From: Hemiscyllium ocellatum
Taxonomy: Eukaryota
Reading direction: 5' to 3'
Assembly: GCF_020745735.1 (NCBI RefSeq)
Contig: NC_083409.1
Location: 14,254,760 to 14,318,759 of the forward strand
DNA: 64,000 bases
In this document: positions 10,998 to 21,770 of the stretch, in pieces
Numbering within the stretch: the first letter of the stretch is position 1
Layout: each line of letters begins with the position of its first letter
Program-made: the position numbers and the translations under genes
Notes under the pieces: model-generated
Seen by the model: only the letters and a program-made list of their open reading frames with translations
Told to the model about the DNA's origin: nothing
Database searches by the model: none

Positions 10998-11779
10998 TTC
11001 TGTCTCCTGATTGATTTCCTTCCCCACACCCTGATTACTGCTTGGAGACCTGGACATAACTTGCATCAGATTCTTTATTGTGGTTCCTCAGCTCTACCCA
11101 CACACATTCTACACCTTCTGACTTCTTGCTATTGATTGAATTTTATTTCACACTAACAAGGCAACTCTTGCCCCTCTGCCCATCTGCCTGTCCTTTTGAT
11201 AGGACATGGATCCTTGGATATTTAGTTCCCAGCCCAGACCCCCTTACAGCCATGTCTCTGTGATACCCACAACATCGTACCTGCCAGTTTCAATCTGCAC
11301 TACAAGCTCATTGCGTATACTGTGTGCTTTTAAGTACAACACCCTCAGTCCTGCATTGACTGCCCTCCTTCTCATCATTGTCCCCTTATCTGCTGTGCTT
11401 GAAGTTCGACTCTTGTTCCTTTCTGTACTCTCTGTCCTAGGTTGTCTTCTAGAAACTTGAATAACCTCTCCTGAGCCCTCCTCCACTTTAACTAGTTTAA
11501 TTCCTTGGACACTCAATTTACCTTGATTTATTGCGTCACTTTGTCTACCTTATTCGGAATGCTTTGTGCATTTAGTTACAAACTCTTTAAATTTATTCTA
11601 TTATTGATTTTCCCTGCACTTCTTTAGTTCCTTTGATATTCAAAAAATCCGTCCCCATCTTTTATTTTCTGGTAACAATCAATCCCACCACTAACCAACA
11701 ATCGACCTTCTCCTTCACCTTCTGTTTTCTCATTTTCCATCCAACTGAAACAAATTACTTTATGTGTCGATTGACCTAA

Positions 11780-12095
11780 GGCATGGTGGCTCAGTGGTTA
11801 GCACCGCTACCTCACAGCGCCAAGGATACGGGTTCAATTCCTGCCTTGGGAAACTGTCTGTGTGGTGTTTGCACATTGTCCCTGTGTCTGTGTGGGTTTC
11901 CCCCAGGTGCTCTGGTTTACTCCCACTGTCCAAAGATGTGCAGGCCAGGTGAATTGGCCATTCTAAATTGCCTACAGTGTTAGGTGAAATAGTCAGGTGT
12001 AAATGTAGGGACTGTTTCTGGGTGGGTTGCTGTTCGGAGAGTTGGTGTGGACTTGTCAGGCTGAACTGCCTGTTTCCACACTGGAGGGAATCTAA
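11780..12095 (+). mobile_element. HE1/V-SINE-type SINE (older, diverged)
   Basis: Same domain order with more substitutions. Confidence 0.88.
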
Positions 12096-12309
12096 TCAGG
12101 CCAATATTTCTCATTATTGCTCTTTGATCTCTTGCTTCTACTTGGATCCTGCTGTGTAGAAACTGGCTGCCACCTTCCTGACATTGCAACAGTGACTCCT
12201 TGTCAAACAAAACTGTCTGTAAATGTCTTTGGAAGAGCCTGAAATGTTAAGGGCTGGATTGATGCCCATATGCTCTAAACTTTTCTGATTTACATATCCA
12301 TGCCTTTTA

Positions 12310-13920
12310 AATGTTTTAATCATACCAGCCTTCACCACTTCTTCTGGCAGCCCATTTCATACATTTAACACCATCTGAATGAAAACGTTGTTCTTTAGGT
12401 CCCTTTTAAATCTTTCCCCTGTCACCTTCAACCTATGCCCTCCAGTTCTGGACTCCCCCACTCTGGAGAAAAGATCTTCTCTATTCACCCTATCTATGCT
12501 GCTCATGATTTTATAAACCTCCATCCGGTCACCCATCAACCTGCAATGATCCAGGGAAAACAGCCTCAGCCTATTCAGCCTCTCCCGATAGCTCAAACCC
12601 TCCAACCTTGGCAACATCCTTGTAAATCTTTTCTGAACCATTTTAAGGTTCACAACATTTTTCCTCCAGCAGGGAGACCAGAATTACACACAGTATTCCA
12701 AAAGTGCCCTAACCAATGTCTGTCAGCCACAAGAGCTCCCAACTCCAATACTCAATGCACTGACCAATAAAAGAAAGCAAACCAAATGACATTGTCACCC
12801 CCCCCCCCCCACCCCCCCACCTACCTGCAACCTCACTTCCAGTGAAGTATTCTTTTTTTTTGGATGAACTGAGAGTCTTCCAGTTGTGAAAGATGCCATT
12901 CCATGGACTTTTGGATGAAGAGCAGGCAGTTCCCCCTGGTGTCCCTAATCAATATTTATCCCCCAGTCAAAATCAATGAAAATCTGTTTCTCTTCTTTTT
13001 ATCATATTGTGTTTGGGATCTCGCTGTGCACAGTCTGCAGGAAAGATCCATTGGGACATCTTGATTTGGGGACAGGTGCTTCACAAATGCAAGTCTTTCT
13101 TTAAGTTTGAAGTCTCCTGATCCGAACACTCACCCATTGTCTGTGCACTCTCACCTTCCGGGGGCATGGGGTCATTAGGAGCAGTGACCCAAAGGACACT
13201 GAGACTCTTTGCAGCCTCACCCTTGACCTCAGCCCAGCAGTGTGCAGCAAGGTTTGAAATGTAATCTAGAACCTTCTACACAGACACCCCAATGTGACTC
13301 ATTCCCGAAGTGTGTGGATCCGAGTCTGCTCCAAAGTTCTCGGATAAATTTCTCCTGATCTGTGGGTGATCGGAGGTTTGTTAAAGAAGTATCAAGATCC
13401 GTCCCACTTTCCAGCTCTTGCTCCATAGCTCTGGAGGTTTCACTGTTTGAAGTGAATACCCAAGTGTTTTTTTCAAAGTGATGAGGGTTTCTGCCTCTCC
13501 CACCCTTTCAGGCTGTGAGTCCCACATCCCACCAAGCTCTGGGTGAAAACAAATACCCTCAACTCCCCTATAATCCTGCCCCCAACTGATTTCAATCTCT
13601 CCCCATGGTTATTGCCCTCTGTGCTGGTGGAAATCAGTCCTTCCTACCCACTCTGTCCAGGCCCCTCATCATTTTACACACCACCATCAAATCTCCCCTC
13701 AGCCTCCTGTGTTCCAACAAAAACACTCCCAGCCAATCCAAACATTCCTCAAAACTCAAAGTTCCCATTCCAGACAAACTCTTCCTCTGTCCTGGTCTCC
13801 TGTGGGATCACATCCTTCCTATAATGTGGTGACCAGAACCGTACACTGTTCTCTCACTGTGCTCTAACTGGGGTTTTATACAGTTCCAGAATAAACAAAC
13901 TCCTTGCTTTCACAGTCAAC
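12310..13920 (-). mobile_element. Two CR1 3' fragments (about 12310-12790 and 13460-13920) with other repeat debris between them
   Basis: ORF 12357-12653 MVQKRFTRMLPRLEGLSYRERLNRLRLFSL...FSRVGESRTGGHRLKV. Confidence 0.75.
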
Positions 13921-13934
13921 CAAAAATGAGATAA

Positions 13935-14250
13935 GGGAGGTGATGGTCTAATGGTGTTATTGCTGAGCTGTTAATCCAGAGATCCAGATAATGTTCTGGG
14001 GACCAGGGTTAGAATCCAGCAGATGGTGGCATTCAAATTCAATCAAAAAAAATCTGGAATTAAGTCTAATGACGACCATGAAACCATCTTTGATTGTCAG
14101 GAAAACGCCATCTGATTCCCTAATGTCCTTTCGGGAAAGAAACTGCCATCCTTACCATGTGACCCCAGACCCACAGCAATGTGGTTGACTCTAAACTGCC
14201 CTTTGGGTGATTAGCGATGGACAATAAATGCTGCCGATCCAGCAATTGCC
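13935..14250 (+). mobile_element. Second SINE family (tRNA-like head, tail ending cccagacccacagcaatgtggttgactct...aataaatgctg)
   Basis: Box-A-like tggtctaatgg. The same tail recurs at about 15125-15210, and reversed at about 27120 and 60570. Exact family not determined. Confidence 0.65.
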
Positions 14251-15343
14251 CTCATTCCATCAAGGGAAAATGAAGAACAGTTTATCCCATGTGTCTTCTT
14301 ACCACCTCACTGACCTGCATTAAACACCATGGCCAAATCTTCCATCTCCACATGACTTGCAGTTTCAAATTCCTTCATTATCTGAGATACAGATAGAAAC
14401 ATCCAAACTACGAGCAACCGTAGGCCATTTGGCCCCCGAGCCTGCTCCACCATTCATTATGATCATGGCTGATTATCCAACACAGTCCCCTGTTCCTGCT
14501 TTCTCCCCACGTTCTTTGATCCCTTTCATCCGAAGAACTACATCTAATTCCTTATTGAACACATACCGCATCTAATTCCCTCATGCTGGTAAAATGGATG
14601 AGAATTATTGGGTTGTTGTTTTTTGACCAGTATGGACACAATGGGCTGATGGGCCTTTTGGGTCTCTCTGACTCGATGATTCTATTATTATACTTTAAGA
14701 ATAACTGAGTACCAAGGACTGACCACTGTGTAACTACCTGTCATTCAGAAAAAGACTCATTCTTTCTGTCCTGTCTGCCAACCAGTTCCCAATCCATGTC
14801 AGTATGTGAACCCCAATCCTCTTGTTCATTTGGTCTAGATCTGGAAGCCACACCCTTACTAATTGTGGGACCAGATTCTGAACAGTCTGTCTCATCCTTC
14901 GAGGGCTCCTACTGCCCTGACACTGATTTCCCATCATGCCATTGGTTCCGATCCACTTTTACCAAAGCACCACACAGTTTAGTAAAATGAAAACTTTTAC
15001 ACTTGCTCCATGGTTCTCCATTTCCATCCCTACTCTCAATCTCACTGAGTTCTGATCACTGTCACGAAAATGCTCCCCCATTGACAGCCCTTCCAGCTGC
15101 CCAGAAACTGTCCCTTCTCTCTATGCTACTTCACCATCACCTTCTCAGGGGCAATTAGGGATGGGTAATAAATGTTGGCCCTGCCAGTGACACCCACATC
15201 CCAAGAAGCAATGTGAACAATGCTTGGTCATTTGTTGGGTTTATTCTGTATTGACGACAAATGTTCAAAAAGATTGTATGGCCAGATTATGGTTGAATTC
15301 CCTTCCAGTGGCAGGAATTAAAATTGTTTCTCTTGTCTTTCAG

Positions 15344-15672
15344 GCCGTGAGAACTCTCAGCCCAAGCTGACCTTGCTGCCCCCCTCCCCGGAGCAGGTCA
15401 ATGCCAAGGGCACTGCCACCCTGGTGTGCCTTGCCAATCACTTCTATCCCGATGAGCTGGAGGTGCAGTGGAAGAAGGACGGTGCAGTCATTTCGGACGG
15501 GGTTCAGACCAGCAACTACCTGCGAGCTTCAGACAGCACCTACAGTGTCAGCAGCCTGCTGACCCTCTCTGGGTCTGACTGGGAGTCCGACGCTCGCTTC
15601 TCCTGTGCCCTCACCCACGTGACCCTCCCCTCTCCCCTCAGCAAGAGCATCAGGAGATCAGAATGTGTGTAG
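15344..15672 (+). CDS. IGKC: Ig kappa-type light-chain constant exon
   Basis: Acceptor tcttgtctttcag|. SRENSQPKLTLLPPSPEQVNAKGTATLVCLANHFYPDELEVQWKKDGAVISDGVQTSNYLRASDSTYSVSSLLTLSGSDWESDARFSCALTHVTLPSPLSKSIRRSECV*. C1-set Cys/Trp/Cys and the penultimate interchain Cys are present, in phase with J. Confidence 0.97.
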
Positions 15673-16168
15673 AGTGTTGGAGACAGTCCACAGAGGAGAC
15701 ACAACTTTAAACAGAACAGGGCTGAGCTGGCAGGACAAAGGTCATTGTCAGCACTGAATTTCAACTCTCTTCCTTCTCAGGATTGCTCAGAGAAACTTCT
15801 GAGGTTTGGATATTAAAGCAGGTCATCGCGACAGTGTCAAGAGAGCTTTACACTGTGTCAAACCCCATGCTGTCCTTGTCCTGGGAATGTTTGATGGGGA
15901 CAGGATTGCCTTGTTATGTTAGCTGCACAAAACAATGTGAACCTCAGAAGTCTCTGCTTCAGTAAACCAGATCTCCTTCCTGCTCAGCTGCCAGTTCCAG
16001 TTTAAGGTTTTGTCACTGTTTAAAGGGGCAGGATTCTCGTGTTATTGAGAAAATCTCTCCAAGTGTTTTCCTCAAGCTCCATTGGGGCTATGAATTTGAG
16101 CAGCTTCCTCTGTCTGGGCTGTTAATTGCAGTTGTTTCTTTTTCTGTGAATGTGAATGTGGAAAAGGG

Positions 16169-16174
16169 AATAAA
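16169..16174 (+). terminator. Probable polyadenylation signal of the light-chain mRNA
   Basis: AATAAA with a GT/T-rich stretch downstream. It is conserved in the inverted copy near 31105, and homology between the copies ends about 40 nt after it. Confidence 0.7.
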
Positions 16175-16534
16175 GGTGAAAATTCAGTCTCTGTCTCCGT
16201 GTGCTTTGGAAATAACTGACTTTCTCCTCCCCCATCTTTCAGTTGATTGGCTGTATTTCAGCAGGTCATTGTCACAATTGGTTACTTGGCCTGTCAATCA
16301 ATTACAATCATCAATCATCAATCATTTTCAAATGATCCCTTTAATCAGGAATTTATGTAGATTCCAAAAAGAACAGAAACTGAAAGTTGTTGGGACTCAG
16401 TAAGTGCAATCTGATGCATTCCCTCTTCACTCTGTTGGTACATGCCCAGCTGATGGGATCGAACTGTGCAATCTCTGCTGCATGTCGGATAGCCCCTGAA
16501 ATAATCTTCGGCCAATCACAGACATTGTTGGCTG

Positions 16535-16845
16535 TGTGCCTCTCTGAGTGTGAGTGTTTAACTCAATACTGCCTGTAGATGTCTCTCTGAGTGTGGCTGT
16601 GTTACTCAGAGACACACCACAGACAGTATTCAGAAACACACCCACATTCGGTGAGACACCGATCCGCAGCATGGAGTGTGAGTGTGTTACTCAGTGCTGC
16701 CTGAAGGTGTCTCTCTCAGTGTGAGTGTGTTACTCTGTGCTGCCTGTAGGTGTCTCTCTCAATGTGAGTGTGTTACTCTGTGCTGCCTGTAGGTGTCTCT
16801 CTCAGTGTGAGTGTGTTACTCTGTGCTGCCTGTAGGTGTCTCTGA
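16535..16845. repeat. 43-bp minisatellite with one embedded inverted unit
   Basis: AGGTGTCTCT at 16705, 16748, 16791 and 16834 (period 43). Degenerate units at 16535-16610 and a reverse-complement-like unit at about 16612-16660. Confidence 0.88.
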
Positions 16846-17789
16846 GGTCTGTGTCTCCGAGCGATGGATTGAGAATGGGCTTTGTGCTGGGGATTGAAGA
16901 TTAGGCTTTAATCTTCTCAAATCATGAATGAAAAACAGCTCAGCTGATTCAGTCTGAGATGGCAGCTCATTCAGATGACCAAAGTTAAAAAACACACAAC
17001 ACCAGATAATAGTCAACAGGTTTATTTGGAAGTAAAAGCATTCGGAGTGCTGCCCCTTCATTAGGTAGCTGGAAGGGCAGGATCATTGGGCACAGAATTT
17101 ATAGCAAATTCAGATAGCAGCTGTAAAAGGTGAATACTGAGAGTGTATTCTCAGGAAGGGAGGGATTTCAGAGGCAGTGGGCACTGTGCTCCCAAATGTG
17201 TTGATCAATTCCGAGGAGATTTTTTGAATCCAGGGCCAGAGGAGTTGTGGCTGCCTGCCCAGCCAATGCTGGCTCCCCATCGTCATATTTCAGTGGTTAA
17301 TTAACCCAAAACTAGGTGCAGCAATATTACCTTCCAGGGAGAGGAGTTGTCTGAGGGAGGGAGGTTGAATTCTTGCAGCCCCAAGAGAGGTTGTGGTGGA
17401 TTAATGACAGGTATGACCACCATGAAGGTGCCACCTTCTCTCCCCCTGCTACAGCTGTGATGACCCTCAGGTTAAAAGTGTGACTGCTCTGGGATGATGA
17501 CCACATTCCTGGGTGATGGAGGGAAGGCCAACCTCTCCCAAAGGCAGCACAGGCTGGATTGAAGGTGAAACAAGAGTAAGCAGGGGGAGATTGAGGATGA
17601 CAGAAGGAGGGGGTTGGTTGGCAGGTTGTTATTCAGAGTCAGGTACCAGAGTTTCAGTCCTTCTGACACTCCTCTTTTTTCTTTTTTTCTTCTTTTTTTC
17701 TTACTTACACGTGGAGAGTCCTTGACACTGATCCAGCTCCCTCAGAGCCAGCTCTCAGAATGTTCAGAACCCCTAACATGCCTGTTTTA

Positions 17790-18025
17790 TTTCACCCCCA
17801 CACTGCCGCCGAATGCAGGGGAGCTTATTTTTTTTTCCCCAGCACCCATGGTGTGTGTGTGTGTAGGTGTGAGACACAGTGAGAGACACAAAGCGCACGA
17901 ATCTTTATTCAATTTCCACCACCAGGAAGACAGGAAAACATCCGCGTGGCCAGTGACAAGCAGTGCCCTTCAAATCAAAGGGCAATGCTGTGTGATCAAA
18001 CAGTGAAGGGGAGGGCAGGGATTAA
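17790..18025 (-). mobile_element. Non-LTR element 3' end (probably Tx1-like) next to an LTR-like fragment
   Basis: Reverse complement of 32935-33215, with AATAAA and an A-rich end. The Tx1 assignment is from recall only. Confidence 0.5.
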
Positions 18026-18274
18026 GACACCGCTCTTTTTATCTGCCAGCCAGGGCTCCTTGATTGGACAAAGTTAACTGTCCCTGTCAGGGAACTCATA
18101 TTTTATCAAAAAGAATAAATCATTTATTGAACAAGGAGCTCAAGAGCTAAACGACACGAGACAAAATGAATGGTTTGAAATATTTCATCATGGGCAGCAC
18201 AAATAAGATTTGGGGAAGAATGTTTTCACTCAGCGGGTGGTGGGAATCTGGAATGGCCTGTCATAGAATCCCTA

Positions 18275-18560
18275 CTGTGAGGAAACAGGCCATTTTCACC
18301 AACACGTCCACACTTATCCTTGGAAGAGTAACCCACCCAAGACCCAATCTCCTATCCGATTACTCTACTTTTGCCCTGACTAATGAACCTAACCTACACA
18401 TTCCTGACCACTATGGGCAACATTAAACAGCCAATTCACCTAACCTGCATGTCTTTAGAATGTGGGAGGAAACCAGAGCACCCAGAGGAAATCTATGCAG
18501 ACATTTGGAGAATGTACAAACTCCACACAGACATTTGCCTGAGGCTGGAATTGAACCTGG
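18275..18560 (-). mobile_element. HE1/V-SINE-type SINE (diverged)
   Basis: Central domain gtgggaggaaaccagagcacccagaggaaa...aaactccacacaga. Confidence 0.85.
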
Positions 18561-18564
18561 GTCA

Positions 18565-21290
18565 AAACACTCAGACTGGCCTTGACTTCGCTCCAGCTTC
18601 TGCCTCCACTTCAGGCCCCTCCCACTCAGCAACCAAGACTCAGACTGCATTTCCCAGATTCACCCTGAGTCCAACTGCCTACCTGCAGCCAGGCAGCACA
18701 CTCACTCTCCCTCCTCACCTATCCACCCCCACAGTGCACCCTCTCCCTCCACTGCTCCCTCTTCACCTCATCCCCACCTTCCCACTCCCCCACCTCACTC
18801 CACAGCCCACCTCCGCCCCAATCTCCTTTCTCTCCAACACCCATTCCCCCGTGCTACACCACAACCAACCCTCACCCACTGCATGCCATCACACTTCCCC
18901 CTCCCCTCTTTCAGCCAACTTGGGCCCCCTCCAAAACCTCACCCCTGAGCCTCGCCCAATATTTACTATACCGCCCTGACCTCAAACTCTCTGAGGCCAA
19001 AAGGTCCATCCTCAGGAAAGGGCTCACAGTCATTCCCGCCCAACCCCACCTCAACGACACCCACACCCACCACGAAGCGGAGCTCTTCTTCTGCCGCCTC
19101 AACCTCCGTGTCTTCTTCTTTAACAAAACTTCCAAACTCCCTCTGAGGAACCTTTCTCCCATCTCTAACTTTACTCCTCCATTTGGTCTCCCCCTATTAG
19201 CTGTGTACACACTCGAGACCTCTTCATTGCTGACTGTTGATGTGCCATCACCCGCCTCCATTTCTCCCCTCACCCATTCCAACCATACCCCCTCTGATCA
19301 AGCACTCCACTCTCTATGTGCCAACCCCTGTTTCACCAACAAACCTGCTGACAAATGTGGGGTGGTGTTAGTCTGGAGAACAGACCTAAAAGTCACAGAG
19401 GCTGAACCCCAACTCTCAGACACCACGTCCTACCTCCTCCTTGCCCATAACCCCACTGTGACCCATCAGGCCAAAATCACTCACACTGTCAGTGACCTCA
19501 TTGCCTCCAGTGATCTCCCCTCCACTGTCTCTCATAGTCCCTCAGCCCTGCATTGCCCAGTTCTCCCTGGTCCCCAAAATCCACAAGCCCAACTACCCAG
19601 TTGACCCATCATCTCAGCATGCCCCTGCCCCACCGAACTCCTCTCATCCTACCTCAACTCTCCTCCTTGGTTCAGGCACTGCCCACCTACATCTGATACA
19701 TCAACCATGCCCTGCACCTCTTCAGTAGCCTCCAGTTCCTTAGGCCTAAGTGCTTTATCTCCACGATGGATGTGCAGTCCTTATACATGTCCATACCCCA
19801 CAAGGATGGCCTCCAGGCCCAACACCTTTTCCTTTGCAACGGACCCATCCAGTCCCGGTCCACCAATATATTCCTCCGCCTTGCCAAACTAGTCCAGGGG
19901 GTGGCCATGGGCCCCCGTTTGAGCAATGTCGACCAGTCCCTCTTCAGTGACTATACAGGCACTGTGCCATTACATCAGTGACTATATCAGTGCAGCATCC
20001 TGCATCCAGGCTGAACTGGAGTGGTTCACTGACTTTCTTCATAACTTCCACCCTGTCCTCAAAATCACCTCATCCATCTCAGACACCTCCCTGCCCTTTC
20101 TACACCTCTCCATTTCCAATTCTGGGGATAATCTTCAAACAGGCAATTACTACACACCCACGGACTGCCATTACTACCTGGGCTACACCTGCTCCCAACC
20201 AGTCTCCTGCAGAACTCCATCCCATTCTCCCAATTCCTCTGCCTCCACTCCATCTGCTCGGATGAGGAGACATTTCGCTGATCACAGATGTCCACCTCTT
20301 ATGAACAACATGCTTTTCCTCCTTCTGTCATCCTTCTGTCATCCACTGCACTACCTCCATTTCCCGTTCCATTGCTCTAAACCGACCCCTCTCCAAACAC
20401 AATGAAGTCAGACTCACCATTGTCCTCAACTATTACCAATCCCTGTACCAATTAACGCATCATCCTTAAACACTTCCACCAACTCCAACTAGACTAACCA
20501 CCAAGAACATTTTCCTCTCCCCACCCCTGGCTGCCTTCCACAAGGACTGTTCCCTTTGACAATTCTTGGTTTGTGGCATCTGTCCACCTACCCTCCCGAA
20601 CCCCCAGGAACCTTCTTTTGCAACACCAAAAGATGCAAAGCCTGCTGGTACACCAATCCGTCCCCTCCATCCAGGGCCCCAAACAGTCCTTCCAGGTGAG
20701 ACATTGCCTCTCCTCCAACCTAGTTTACTGCATCAGGTGCCCGTGATGTGGTCTTCTCTACATTGTGAAGACCAAATATAATCTTAGGGAACGTTTCACC
20801 GAGCATCTCAGCCAGGCCTGCAAGGTCCGATCAGCCTTTCAGTCACAGTCCATTTCAATTCCCCTTCCCAATCCCTTTCCGATATGACCATCATCAGCCT
20901 CCTCCATTTCCACAATGAACCAAACCACAAATTGGTGGAACAATACTTCACCTTCCATCTGGGCAGCCTACAGCCCAGATGACTCAACATTAAGTTCTCC
21001 AATTTCAAATAACCACTCTTCCCTTCCCCCGATTCCCTTCCCAGCCCCTCTCCCTCCCTTCCACTCCTGCCTGCCACCTACCGGATTCATTCCTCCCATT
21101 GACCAACCAAGTTGTACCATCTACCTGTCTTCACCTATCCTCACTTAATCATCCTGTCCCCACTACCCCCTTTATCTGCTTCCTCTACACCTAACCCCAT
21201 TCCTGAAGAAGGATTACACCCAAAACATCAACTTCTCCACCACCTGATGCTGCCTGCCTTGCTGTGTTCTCCCAGCCTCCTGCCTGTCAC
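18565..21290 (+). mobile_element. Old Penelope-like retroelement (RT + GIY-YIG), heavily decayed
   Basis: Fragments FSLVPKIHKP, MDVQSLYMSIPHKDGLQA and QGVAMGP, a 3' region homologous to the young copy at 24.5-25.7 kb, and terminal repeat sequence at about 21200-21290. Confidence 0.88.
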
Positions 21291-21299
21291 TGAATGGAA

Positions 21300-21770
21300 C
21301 CAGAAAAGGGTTAGACAATCAAGGGTCAGGGCCATCAACAAATGGGAATGGGACATGCTACAGACAGATGCATTGAGACAGTCAATCACAAAGAGAAGAC
21401 CAAACTGGAAATGAAACACTAATACACAGTGGATGGAATTTAATGTCAAAAAGTGTGAGACCATGCAGTTGGGTCAGAATAATCTAAAGGCCGACTATTA
21501 TTTAAGTAGTGAGAGATTCCAACGAAGTGTAGTACAGAGTGATCAGGGTAGTATTGTGCATGAAACACAGACAGTTAGTGCAGGAGCAGCAAGTAATTGA
21601 GAAGGCGAATGGAATTTTCACCTTTATTGCTGGGGGTTGGAATTTAAAAGTAGAGAAATCTTGTTAAAACTATCGAGGGTGTTAGTGAGCCTGCATTTGG
21701 AGTATTTGTCCCTGTATTTAAGAAAGGACGGACAGCTATTGGAGGCTTCCTCCTGCTCCTATTTCCCATG
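21300..21770 (+). mobile_element. CR1 LINE 3' fragment
   Basis: atggaatttaatgtcaaaaagtgtgagaccatgcag; EFKSREILLKLSRVLVSLHLEY. Confidence 0.8.

Larger units (their letters stand above)
7920..11500 (-). mobile_element. Long decayed CR1 LINE (endonuclease to 3' end) interrupted by three SINEs
   Basis: APE start LRVLYLKAHSIRNELVVQIETGRYDVVGITETWL (about 11.3 kb), RT QHGFIKGRSCLANVLEFFE and MYFDFQKVFD (9.3-9.4 kb), 3' part at 7.9-8.7 kb. The host sequence rejoins across the SINE at 8741-9064. Confidence 0.85.
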
